DNA of 64,000 nucleotides, taken from a virus. The notes under the pieces are model-generated. The model saw only the letters and a program-made list of their open reading frames with translations. It did no database searches and was not told the origin of the DNA. Position numbers and translations under genes: made by a program. The stretch spans positions 87,578 through 151,577 of IMG/VR virus record IMGVR_UViG_3300028107_000175. One strand, 5' to 3'. This document shows positions 55,492 to 63,315 of the stretch, piece by piece. Within the stretch, counting starts at the first letter, position 1, and each line of letters begins with the position of its first letter.

Positions 55492-56736
55492 ATGCGCAAT
55501 TATCTCGACCTGCTCAGCTATGCCTACCACTCCGGTTCGCGTCAGATCAACGAACGTACCGGCGAGGTGACTGTCAAGGTCATCGCTCCGCAGCTGCGTT
55601 ACAACCTGGCCGAAGCCTTCCCGTTGGTCACCACCTCCAAGAAGCACCTGCGCTCGATCATCGAAGAGCTGCTGTGGTTCCGTGACGGTCGCACCAACAA
55701 CCAGTGGTTGGCTGATCGCAACGTCAGCATCTGGAACGAGTGGGCCCTGACCGAGCCGGTCATTCGCAAGCGCGCCATGGCCAACATCGATCGTGCCCGC
55801 CTCTACGCTGAGCGTGAGGGCAAGTCGCTCAAGGAAGTCACGGACCATCTGACTGAGCTGGACTTCCAAGTCCGCAAGGATGGGAAGCTGCCGTCGTCCC
55901 AGCAGGGCGGCACTCCCAACGGCGGTGAGCTGTTCCTCAACAATGAGGAGGTGCCGGCCTACCACGAAGACATCGTCTATGACGTCGGCGAACTGGGTCC
56001 GATCTACGGGCGCATGTGGCGCTACTGGCCCAATCCGGACGGCACCGTCACCGATCAGCTGACGCAGGTACTCAACGACCTGCGCGATCGCCCGTTCTCC
56101 CGTCGCCACATCGTCATGGCGTGGAATCCGTCCTTCCTGCCCGATGAACGCATCAGCGCGCAGGAGAACGTCAAGGCTGGCCGTCAGGCATTGGCGCCGT
56201 GCCACATGGGCTATCAGTTCATCGTCGAACAACTCGAGCGGGAGCAGCGCGTCCAGCTGTACATCGCGAAGAAGTACCCGGGCGGTCTGTGCGAGGCCCA
56301 GTCCTCGGCCGATCATCTGCTCGAGTTGGTACGCCTCAATGGTGAGCAGGTCGAAGAAGGTCGCAACTTCATGATCGATGAGATGCTGCGCCATAACGGC
56401 ATCCCCGACAAGCGCCTGAACTGCGTGGTCATGCAGCGCTCGGCCGACATCCCGCTGGGCGTGCCGTACAACATCGCCAGCTATGCGATCCTCACCATGA
56501 TGATCGCCAAGCAGCTGGACTTCGCCCTGGGTGAGCTGGTCATGAACTTCCATGATGCGCACATCTACCAGAAGCAGATGGAAGGCGTGGCTGAACAGCT
56601 CCAGCGTGAGCCCAAGCCGCTGCCGCAGCTTCTGCTCAACCCGGATGTGAAGAACATCTTCGACTACGAGTTCGAGGACTTCAAGCTGGTCGGTTACGAC
56701 GCTCACCCCACCATCAAGTACGAGATCACCGTCTGA
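55492..56736 (+). CDS. thyA: Thymidylate synthase with two large insertions
   Basis: FPLVTTSK, EELLWF, SIWNEWA, LGPIYG..WR, ALAPCH, QRSADIPLGVPYNIASY, DAHIY. Confidence 0.95.
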   Translation: MRNYLDLLSYAYHSGSRQINERTGEVTVKVIAPQLRYNLAEAFPLVTTSKKHLRSIIEELLWFRDGRTNNQWLADRNVSIWNEWALTEPVIRKRAMANIDRARLYAEREGKSLKEVTDHLTELDFQVRKDGKLPSSQQGGTPNGGELFLNNEEVPAYHEDIVYDVGELGPIYGRMWRYWPNPDGTVTDQLTQVLNDLRDRPFSRRHIVMAWNPSFLPDERISAQENVKAGRQALAPCHMGYQFIVEQLEREQRVQLYIAKKYPGGLCEAQSSADHLLELVRLNGEQVEEGRNFMIDEMLRHNGIPDKRLNCVVMQRSADIPLGVPYNIASYAILTMMIAKQLDFALGELVMNFHDAHIYQKQMEGVAEQLQREPKPLPQLLLNPDVKNIFDYEFEDFKLVGYDAHPTIKYEITV

Positions 56737-57206
56737 TGAAGATTCTGAATCGGAAGTTCGGCACCGACATCGTACCGCGTGATCCGCGACTGAAACAGTT
56801 CGCCGGCAGGTTCTTGCGAGGAGCTAAATCGCTGGTCAGCTATCCTTTCGAGCCGGCACGCAGTTATCAGGTATTGGGCGAGTTCCCCCAATACTGCTTT
56901 GTGGAGAGCGCTCAGGTCAGCGTCATCTACGTGGAGCGCAAGCTGCGTTGGTACCACCATCTGCTCAATCATCTCGGCGCGCGCTATAATGAGGTCCAAG
57001 AGATTCATCTGGACCCCATGACTGGCAACTTGCGTCGATACGGTGATGGCGGTACCACTGACATGATGGGCGATATTTCGCTGTACTTGCAGAAATATCG
57101 TCTGTACGTCAAGATCACCGAGATCGGCGTCTTGGAGGTGGCTAGCAGTGACCTCAGGACGCTGGGCATCGAACTCAAGGGTGAAGTTCGCTACCCTGAC
57201 CGGTAA
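56736..57206 (+). CDS. Hypothetical protein (156 aa)
   Basis: TGATG coupling with thyA. Confidence 0.65.
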   Translation: MKILNRKFGTDIVPRDPRLKQFAGRFLRGAKSLVSYPFEPARSYQVLGEFPQYCFVESAQVSVIYVERKLRWYHHLLNHLGARYNEVQEIHLDPMTGNLRRYGDGGTTDMMGDISLYLQKYRLYVKITEIGVLEVASSDLRTLGIELKGEVRYPDR

Positions 57207-57217
57207 TCCGTCAACCC

Positions 57218-57247
57218 GCCCCTCCCCTTCGGGGGAGGGGTTTTATG
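57218..57247 (+). terminator. Terminator hairpin followed by TTATG
   Basis: CCCTCCCC-ttcg-GGGGAGGG then TTTTATG. Confidence 0.75.
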
Positions 57248-57257
57248 GAGGTGTGAT

Positions 57258-57401
57258 ATGTCATCTGCAGCAGCTGAATCCATTGCGCTCACCGTGGGTA
57301 TCATCATCGGTGGGTTGATTCTGATCGGCATCATGCTGGCCACGATGAAAGGAGATGATGCTCGCCGAGAGAAACGGTACGGCGGGGGAATTATCGAATG
57401 A
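57258..57401 (+). CDS. Small membrane peptide (47 aa, not in the ORF track)
   Basis: GGAGG RBS; MSSAAAESIALTVGIIIGGLILIGIMLAT... Confidence 0.6.
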   Translation: MSSAAAESIALTVGIIIGGLILIGIMLATMKGDDARREKRYGGGIIE

Positions 57402-57676
57402 GCGCTATCTTCATTGTCCTTACAGTCACCGTCGGTGTACTGATACTCGGCGCCTGGCTGTCTGGTCATTGGGAGAAGTTCTGGCACGAGCGCATGGTGG
57501 AAGATTTGATGCGGCTGGACCAAAGCGGCGTTCCGCTATCATGGGAGGTGTTCCTCCGACTTCCGCGCCGACATCGCCAGTTCCTCATCATCTCCAAAAC
57601 CCCCTCGTTCCTGCGTGAAGAGTTGAACCGTAACACCGGGAATCGGACTGGATGTGAAGTCGTTGTAAAAATGTAG
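57398..57676 (+). CDS. Small protein with an N-terminal TM helix
   Basis: ATGA overlap with the upstream peptide. Confidence 0.55.
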   Translation: MSAIFIVLTVTVGVLILGAWLSGHWEKFWHERMVEDLMRLDQSGVPLSWEVFLRLPRRHRQFLIISKTPSFLREELNRNTGNRTGCEVVVKM

Positions 57677-57732
57677 GAGCTGTGTTAATTGATTGATCGC
57701 ACAGCCCCGCCATTCTTCTTGAGGTTCGCTTC

Positions 57733-57981
57733 ATGTCTGCCCAGCAAGCCATTACCAGTCTCGTTGATACCGTCAAGCAGCAGCATGCTGACAACTCCGG
57801 CGTCCAAGCCAATGTGATCAACATCGCTGATTTCCAGGACCCGTCCACCCACAGCGCGACGCGCAATCTGTCGCAGCTGCGCAGTGCGCTGACCCGCGCC
57901 GGTATGGCCGTCGGTCTGTTCTCCACCAAGACCACTGGCGATGGCCAGTACGAGCTGCGCACCGCGCCGATGGGTGCGTGA
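57733..57981 (+). CDS. Hypothetical protein (82 aa)
   Basis: GAGG RBS, phage-like codon usage. Confidence 0.7.
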   Translation: MSAQQAITSLVDTVKQQHADNSGVQANVINIADFQDPSTHSATRNLSQLRSALTRAGMAVGLFSTKTTGDGQYELRTAPMGA

Positions 57982-58184
57982 TGGCTAAGCGACGCGGCAC
58001 CATGCTCTGGCGTCTGGGCGATCTGATCGCCAGCGCCCGTGAACTGACCATGAGCCCTGCTCACGGTTCCCCGTACGTACCCTGTCGCCCGCTGGGTCAT
58101 GCCAGCTTGAAATATCGACTGCGCGCTGCCTGGATGGTTTTCACCGGGCGCGCTGACGTAGTCATCTGGCCTCACGGCCAGTAA
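57978..58184 (+). CDS. Conserved small phage protein
   Basis: YVPCRP...RLRAAWMVFTGRADVV.W pattern seen in many phage hypothetical proteins. Confidence 0.65.
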   Translation: MMAKRRGTMLWRLGDLIASARELTMSPAHGSPYVPCRPLGHASLKYRLRAAWMVFTGRADVVIWPHGQ

Positions 58185-58187
58185 GAA

Positions 58188-58455
58188 CTTGCTCCTCCTG
58201 TAGCGTTGGGAACCAAGCTCTCCTAAGCCGGGGGTCCCGAGAAACTCACTGCCGTATGCATGCGCCCAAGGGTGCGGAAGGTCCGTGGTAGGTGTACCTG
58301 CCGCAACGACGTCTGCGTACGTTTCCTACCATGCGGTGAGTGAAGTCTATAGGCCGGGGCAAGGCGTAACCGAGTGTAGCTGCGGGTGCAGACTCGGTGG
58401 TCGTGACTTTAATTGCATAGCCTCACAGTCACGGGCTAAACGTTTAACCCGATCG
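58188..58455 (+). ncRNA. Candidate structured non-coding RNA (about 270 nt), no known family recognised
   Basis: At least seven helices: 58188-58203/58347-58363, 58206-58240, 58244-51/58334-41, 58262-75, 58284-92/58325-33, 58369-75/58392-98, 58402-08/58427-33. Several G-U pairs. Followed by a terminator. Confidence 0.55.
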
Positions 58456-58487
58456 AGCCCGGCCTGTAAAAGGGCCGGGCTTTTATT
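58456..58487 (+). terminator. Intrinsic terminator
   Basis: AGCCCGGCC...GGCCGGGCT followed by TTTATTT. Confidence 0.8.
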
Positions 58488-58508
58488 TCCTCATTCAGGA
58501 GTCCAGCC

Positions 58509-58706
58509 ATGCCCAGCGGTAATCACAAGAAATACGAAGACGGAACCAACAAGCTCATGGCTGAGCACAACATTCCCTTCCACGGCGCCAACGATGTCAT
58601 GTACCTGCGTAAGCAGGGTCTGCCGGAAGGCTCGCCGCAGGAACAGCAACTGATCCAAGAGTACCAGCAGGGTCATAAGCCCGACGTCACCAAGTTCACC
58701 AAGTAG
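58509..58706 (+). CDS. Hypothetical protein (65 aa)
   Basis: AGGAG RBS. Confidence 0.7.
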   Translation: MPSGNHKKYEDGTNKLMAEHNIPFHGANDVMYLRKQGLPEGSPQEQQLIQEYQQGHKPDVTKFTK

Positions 58707-58721
58707 TTCGAGGAGTTTTAA

Positions 58722-59201
58722 ATGCTGGTCGACGGTCCTCAACCCAACCGTGTCGAAATCGAAATTGCCCGACGTGAACGCATCGTGGCGGCAGCATATG
58801 CCTACGAGATCATGAGTGAGTCATTCATGACCGATGCGCAGTATGATGCCCAATCCAAATTGATCAATCCGGCGATCGACACCGGCGATGAAGTTTCCGA
58901 TCGGTTCTTCCGTGAGAAGTTCGCCGAGCACACCGGGTCGTGGATTTACGAATATCCGGACCTGCACAAGGTCCGGCATCTGTACTTCACCAAGTACGCG
59001 TCGCCTTACTACCAGAAGCGCTACGCGATGGCTCTGGACATCGGGGAGAAAATGCATCGTGCATACCAAGACCTCGCGAATCGTCACAACCTTGAAAAGT
59101 CTGTGGCGCTTGATCGTTTCGATCCGACCTCACCCCATGGCCAGTTGATGGCCAGTACGCTGATGGTCTTGGACGAAGAGAACTACCTCCGGTTGCGGTA
59201 A
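58722..59201 (+). CDS. Stand-alone NAD-dependent DNA ligase domain-Ia-like protein
   Basis: AAYAYEIMSESFMTDAQYD resembles LigA Ia YxY(H/Y)..d.p.i.DaeYD; no KxDG adenylation motif. Confidence 0.6.
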   Translation: MLVDGPQPNRVEIEIARRERIVAAAYAYEIMSESFMTDAQYDAQSKLINPAIDTGDEVSDRFFREKFAEHTGSWIYEYPDLHKVRHLYFTKYASPYYQKRYAMALDIGEKMHRAYQDLANRHNLEKSVALDRFDPTSPHGQLMASTLMVLDEENYLRLR

Positions 59202-59244
59202 GTCTGGAATCCTATGAGGGATCGTCCCTCATAGGAGACCTTTT

Positions 59245-59475
59245 ATGATCGCACTGCTCTTGGCCCTGCTCGTGGGTCTGATGTTCCTCCCGGCCCTGAT
59301 CGGCCTGTTCCTGATCTGGCATGTGGTCCGTCCTCAGAAGGCGCCGGCCGATACGTCCAACCGGATCAACAAGATCCGCCTCATCTGGTTTGTCCTCACT
59401 CGCGAGAACCTGTTCACCGGGGTCTTCGGGTGGCTCAAGCACGATGAACTGGACAATGTGACCCCCTACCAGTAA
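59245..59475 (+). CDS. Small membrane protein (76 aa)
   Basis: AGGAG RBS; N-terminal TM helix. Confidence 0.7.
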   Translation: MIALLLALLVGLMFLPALIGLFLIWHVVRPQKAPADTSNRINKIRLIWFVLTRENLFTGVFGWLKHDELDNVTPYQ

Positions 59476-59585
59476 TTCTCAACAGACCTCCTAATGGTGT
59501 GACGTACGCCATGGTATCAGACCCGGCAGAAGCCTTTGGCAGCCGTATCCGTCTGAGTGGGTGCGTCACCATTAGGAGTGTCACC

Positions 59586-60302
59586 ATGTCTGAAGTAAAC
59601 ATGCAGTCGGCGATCGAGGAAATTCAGAAGAACGTCGACCGGCAACGCTACCGTCCCAAGCAGCTCATCTTCATCGTTCGTAAAGGGCCTAAGAATCGGG
59701 CATTGAGCGAACGTCAGCAGATTCTGTTTGAGCGATTGAAACACCTGATCGAACTGGACCTGATGTCCACCGAGCTGATCGCCACCGAAGGTCGTCGTAC
59801 TGCGATGGATCGTAACTTCTTCCAGGATACGATCGACGGCTATTCGCAGGAGTTCAAGTTCTCCGAGCGGACCGATAAGCTGATCTACAACCAGTTCCGT
59901 GAGATGCGGGCGACTGACGTCTTGCAGTTGGCTGATGTGGAAATCCTCATCATCGAGCCGGGTCAAGACTACCTCACTGCAGCTGACGCGTGGCTGTTCC
60001 AGGATCTGTCACTGTTGCGCATTCGCAACGCCCACGCGCCGCAGCGCGACTACACCAAGGTAGTGGAACGTGATCCGGAAGGTAATGATCATGAGAACTT
60101 CACCACGACCATCGCGCTGTACGGTAGGCTCTGGCATCCGTTCGAACTGATGGAGTCGGCCAACTTCGAGCTGAGTCGGATGCAGTTGGTGAGTCTCAAC
60201 CCCAACGAGCATCCAGCTTTCCTCGGCGCCCACAGCGTGGCGGTAGAGAGTCCGGCTGATCCGACCAGTACGGCTCACTGCGACGCGGCAGCGCGTCTCT
60301 GA
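59586..60302 (+). CDS. Hypothetical protein (238 aa)
   Basis: AGGAG RBS before MSEVNMQ. Confidence 0.7.
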   Translation: MSEVNMQSAIEEIQKNVDRQRYRPKQLIFIVRKGPKNRALSERQQILFERLKHLIELDLMSTELIATEGRRTAMDRNFFQDTIDGYSQEFKFSERTDKLIYNQFREMRATDVLQLADVEILIIEPGQDYLTAADAWLFQDLSLLRIRNAHAPQRDYTKVVERDPEGNDHENFTTTIALYGRLWHPFELMESANFELSRMQLVSLNPNEHPAFLGAHSVAVESPADPTSTAHCDAAARL

Positions 60303-60360
60303 AATAAGCGTTAGTGCAGCACCCTTCGGGGTGCTGCATCTATGCTGTTCCCATGAGTTT

Positions 60361-60383
60361 TGAAACCTATAATACCCCGTGAA
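60361..60383 (+). promoter_or_regulatory. Putative early promoter variant
   Basis: TTTTGAA-ACCTATAATACCCCG-TG matches the A(T/C)CTATAA(C/T)AC core, with spacing one base shorter; follows a hairpin at 60315-60338. Confidence 0.5.
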
Positions 60384-60417
60384 GTTCCTCACCCCAACCA
60401 CTACCCTGGATCTTGTA

Positions 60418-60633
60418 ATGGCTAACGAAGGTTTGCAGTGCTCTCCGCTCCACCGTCCGATGTACACCGGCATTCCTGATGCCTGTGTGGCGATGACCCA
60501 CTTCCAGCATGCGACCCGCAATGGCTTCATGCCCAAGCCCGGTCCGGCTGCCAAGCCGATTCGCATCCACGGCGAGAAGTACGGACCGCAGGCCCATGTG
60601 CCGCTGGAACCGTCGTTCAACCTGGTGAACTGA
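60418..60633 (+). CDS. Hypothetical protein (about 71 aa)
   Basis: ATG at 60418 downstream of the putative promoter. Confidence 0.5.
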   Translation: MANEGLQCSPLHRPMYTGIPDACVAMTHFQHATRNGFMPKPGPAAKPIRIHGEKYGPQAHVPLEPSFNLVN

Positions 60634-60634
60634 C

Positions 60635-60841
60635 ATGCGGCCCAGTTCAGTACGCACTCTGCTGTACCCACTGACAACGGCCATGCTGTCGGCGACTATC
60701 GGCCCCACCGCGACGGCCGTCAGTCTCCCCACCGCCCCCATCGAGATCAACGCCGATGAATCGGCCAAGGTCACGGGGAACCGTCAACAACGGCGCGCTC
60801 AGCGCGCCATCGAACAGCGTGAACGTAAGCGGAGAAAGTAG
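60635..60841 (+). CDS. Hypothetical protein with a basic C-terminus
   Basis: 68 aa, operonic. Confidence 0.45.
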   Translation: MRPSSVRTLLYPLTTAMLSATIGPTATAVSLPTAPIEINADESAKVTGNRQQRRAQRAIEQRERKRRK

Positions 60842-61047
60842 TGAGTCGGCATGACCCTGATTACGATGGCGATGGTATCCCCAACCGTCACATCGTCGGT
60901 AAACCCAGCGGCGGCATTCCCTTTGGAGTAGTCCTGCTGTTCTTCGCCATTCTTGGCGCCATTCTGGTGAGTTGCAATCATGAACGAACCCAAACCTGCC
61001 CGCCCTCCGGAAGTCGAAGCACCGTCACTGATAGTGGTGCGCGGTGA
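60841..61047 (+). CDS. Small membrane/lipoprotein candidate with DxDxDG motif
   Basis: DYDGDG, a hydrophobic helix, then LVSC lipobox-like site. Confidence 0.45.
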   Translation: MSRHDPDYDGDGIPNRHIVGKPSGGIPFGVVLLFFAILGAILVSCNHERTQTCPPSGSRSTVTDSGAR

Positions 61048-61126
61048 GCCGGATCTAGGGCGCCCCTTCTCCCTCCTGCTCGTGGCCGTGGTCATCGCAG
61101 CAGTGATACTGGGGTCTCTGCGCTGA
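60980..61126 (+). CDS. Small C-terminally anchored peptide (48 aa, not in the ORF track)
   Basis: MNEPKPARPP...FSLLLVAVVIAAVILGSLR*; overlaps the previous ORF. Confidence 0.45.
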   Translation: MNEPKPARPPEVEAPSLIVVRGEPDLGRPFSLLLVAVVIAAVILGSLR

Positions 61127-61135
61127 GGACACTGA

Positions 61136-61402
61136 ATGCTGATTAGCTGGCACCCGTTAGGCTCTGACACAGGAGTCTGGAAAGAAGTCAATGGAGATGG
61201 CATCTTCATCCCACCTACGCGATCGGAGAACTTCCGGGCGAAGTTTCAAGGTGAAGAGATTTTGGTGATTACCCAGTCGCAGCTTATGGTTCGACCCCTA
61301 CCCCGGCGGACGGGGTGGATGCGAGTACCGCGTTACTTCCGAGCCGACACGCTCGAGGTGATGGCGATGCCCGACCAGTTCGAACCTGTCATCGAAGTAT
61401 AA
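61136..61402 (+). CDS. Hypothetical protein (88 aa)
   Basis: GAGGA RBS. Confidence 0.6.
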   Translation: MLISWHPLGSDTGVWKEVNGDGIFIPPTRSENFRAKFQGEEILVITQSQLMVRPLPRRTGWMRVPRYFRADTLEVMAMPDQFEPVIEV

Positions 61403-61455
61403 ACCCTAGGCCCTCTGAAAGGAGGGCCTTATGTCCCACAAGGAACGTAACCGCC

Positions 61456-61914
61456 ATGATTTCGCTGCCCGGTCTCATAGCGAACATAGTCGCAGCCCTG
61501 ACGGGCGTCTTGATATACCTGCTGTACGTCAACCCACAGTTTCGCGACGGGGACGCCCTCAATCGGTTTGCTCGACATCCACCACAGAACCGTGATGAGT
61601 GGTCCACGTTGCACGATGCGTTCTATCGTGGTCTGTATGGACACAGTCGCACCCTCTTCAGTTTCAACCTCCATGGTTGGTACTTCGCAGTGAAGATGTG
61701 GGTGGCCATTCACCTCGTTTTCCTGTACGCCATTACCGCATGTCTGTACTTCCCCGTCCTCCACTGGACCGTGGCCGCGCTGCTGGGTTCTTCTGGAACT
61801 GTGGGATTGGCATCGTACTGGTACCGTTACCGCGCAGTCACCAACTACCCTGGTCCTGTACACGATCCACATGCACCCAGCACTCGACGCAACATTCCAC
61901 CGAGTGCGCACTAA
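61456..61914 (+). CDS. Membrane protein (about 3 TM)
   Basis: AAGGA RBS before MISLPGL. Confidence 0.65.
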   Translation: MISLPGLIANIVAALTGVLIYLLYVNPQFRDGDALNRFARHPPQNRDEWSTLHDAFYRGLYGHSRTLFSFNLHGWYFAVKMWVAIHLVFLYAITACLYFPVLHWTVAALLGSSGTVGLASYWYRYRAVTNYPGPVHDPHAPSTRRNIPPSAH

Positions 61915-61993
61915 ATAAGTTGCCAGGGATTCTGGCGACTTTATCACTGAGGGTAACACCTCTCGTTTCAAACGACAGCACAAGGAGAAATCT

Positions 61994-62440
61994 ATGTCGA
62001 GTATCAATGAATCAATCGTAGTACGTTTCAACTCCCTCATCATCACCGCCGAAGAAGCAGATGAGGTAGCAGCACGACTGCAGCAGATGTTGCGCGTCAC
62101 CGGTTCCGGTGGCATCGCATTCGCTGAAGCTAGCGGTATTTCGCTCCAGGGCGCGTGGGAAATCTCGTACAGTGGTACGGTCCGCTACCCGCAGCTCGGG
62201 AACTCGGGCAACTTCCACACCATCGAATTGGAAGCACGCGCCGGTACCGTGGAGGACCACACTGCGGATGTCATCCGCACCATCGTGGCCATGCGTGATG
62301 AATGCCTGCGTAACGCCTACCGCGATGCCCTGCGCAGCGTCTCCAATGACATCGCTCGCCTGAACGTGGACGAAGTCAACGCCGGCGACATGATGGACCA
62401 TCTGAAGGCTATCCTCGAAGCGTTCCCCAACACCAACTGA
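61994..62440 (+). CDS. Hypothetical protein (148 aa)
   Basis: AAGGAG RBS. Confidence 0.75.
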   Translation: MSSINESIVVRFNSLIITAEEADEVAARLQQMLRVTGSGGIAFAEASGISLQGAWEISYSGTVRYPQLGNSGNFHTIELEARAGTVEDHTADVIRTIVAMRDECLRNAYRDALRSVSNDIARLNVDEVNAGDMMDHLKAILEAFPNTN

Positions 62441-62521
62441 CGGTAAACTGTTAGTCGTGAAATGGAGACTCCCTACGGGGAGTCTTCCCACTCTTGCCCT
62501 TACTAGACCTCTATCACCTCA

Positions 62522-62677
62522 ATGCTTACTCTGAATAACGTCAAAGCTGGTTCCTTCATGCACAACTTCCTCCTGAGCCGTGGCGCTAAAGCCCCGCAGC
62601 CGGTGGAGTCATTCGCCATTCCTTCTTCTGAGTTCAAGCCCTCGACGGGGCCTGAATTCGAATTCGACGATTTGTGA
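62522..62677 (+). CDS. Small peptide with an acidic/aromatic C-terminus (51 aa, not in the ORF track)
   Basis: MLTLNNVKAG...PEFEFDDL*; fills the gap after the hairpin and putative promoter. Confidence 0.4.
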   Translation: MLTLNNVKAGSFMHNFLLSRGAKAPQPVESFAIPSSEFKPSTGPEFEFDDL

Positions 62678-62684
62678 GACTGCC

Positions 62685-63314
62685 ATGACCCGCAAGTATA
62701 GCTCGCTCGAATTGTCCGCACCCAAAGCAGAGCATGACATCTACGTCATTGCTGTGTGTCAGCTGGTGCAAGTGTTACTCTCAGGCTTTGGTCGCTTCAA
62801 AAGCTTCCGTAGGTTTGCACGCCCCGACTACGATCTGTGGATGGGGTTTGTCCAGAATCATGTTCGCGCCAATCCCGACTCGGGACTGATGGCCATGATC
62901 AAACCGGACGGTTTGTGGATGACCACCACCAGTGATGGGACGATCACCGGAACGATCAAACACTGTGAGCAAGACCTCCCGCAGGGTCGGCAGCCATACC
63001 CGGTCTCAACGGTCGTCAACATCGTCTCACTGCTCCGCCGCATGTTTGAGCGACGTGGGGTCAAGTGTTATCACGCCCCGCGTGCTGATCGTTTGAGGGG
63101 CCCTCTGGGGGTGGATCAGATCTTCACTGAACTGCCCGTGTTCGATGTCGATGAATGTGTGGGCGCCGTCCTTGCAGACGGTAGCCGCACGATTGTCATC
63201 GCCGTCTACGAAGGTGAGGTTCACCTCTACGACGAAGCCGAACCCGAGCGCGGGCACGTGTTCAAGTTCGCCACCTACAACCCGGCCCTTGCGGGCTCTC
63301 TGCCGGAACTCTGA
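62685..63314 (+). CDS. Hypothetical protein (209 aa)
   Basis: Start re-picked at MTRKYSS. Confidence 0.65.
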   Translation: MTRKYSSLELSAPKAEHDIYVIAVCQLVQVLLSGFGRFKSFRRFARPDYDLWMGFVQNHVRANPDSGLMAMIKPDGLWMTTTSDGTITGTIKHCEQDLPQGRQPYPVSTVVNIVSLLRRMFERRGVKCYHAPRADRLRGPLGVDQIFTELPVFDVDECVGAVLADGSRTIVIAVYEGEVHLYDEAEPERGHVFKFATYNPALAGSLPEL

Positions 63315-63315
63315 C

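Noticed and set aside
55492-56736. dCMP hydroxymethylase / DNA hypermodification system
   Set aside because: The Asn in YNIASY indicates dUMP specificity, and no glycosyl- or amino-transferase partners are nearby
58188-58455. RNase P, tmRNA, SRP, hammerhead or cobalamin/TPP riboswitch identity for the structured region
   Set aside because: Only short fragments match (AAGGGTGCGG, CCGGGGCAAGGC, ACCTGCC, GGAAGGTCC). They are out of order and lack the universal cores (GGAAAGUCC...ACAnAA, tRNA-like CCA end, CUGAUGA/GAAA).
58285-58653. 122-aa ORF across the RNA candidate
   Set aside because: GTG start without RBS, crosses a strong terminator, overlaps the well-supported 58509 gene, and has atypical codon usage
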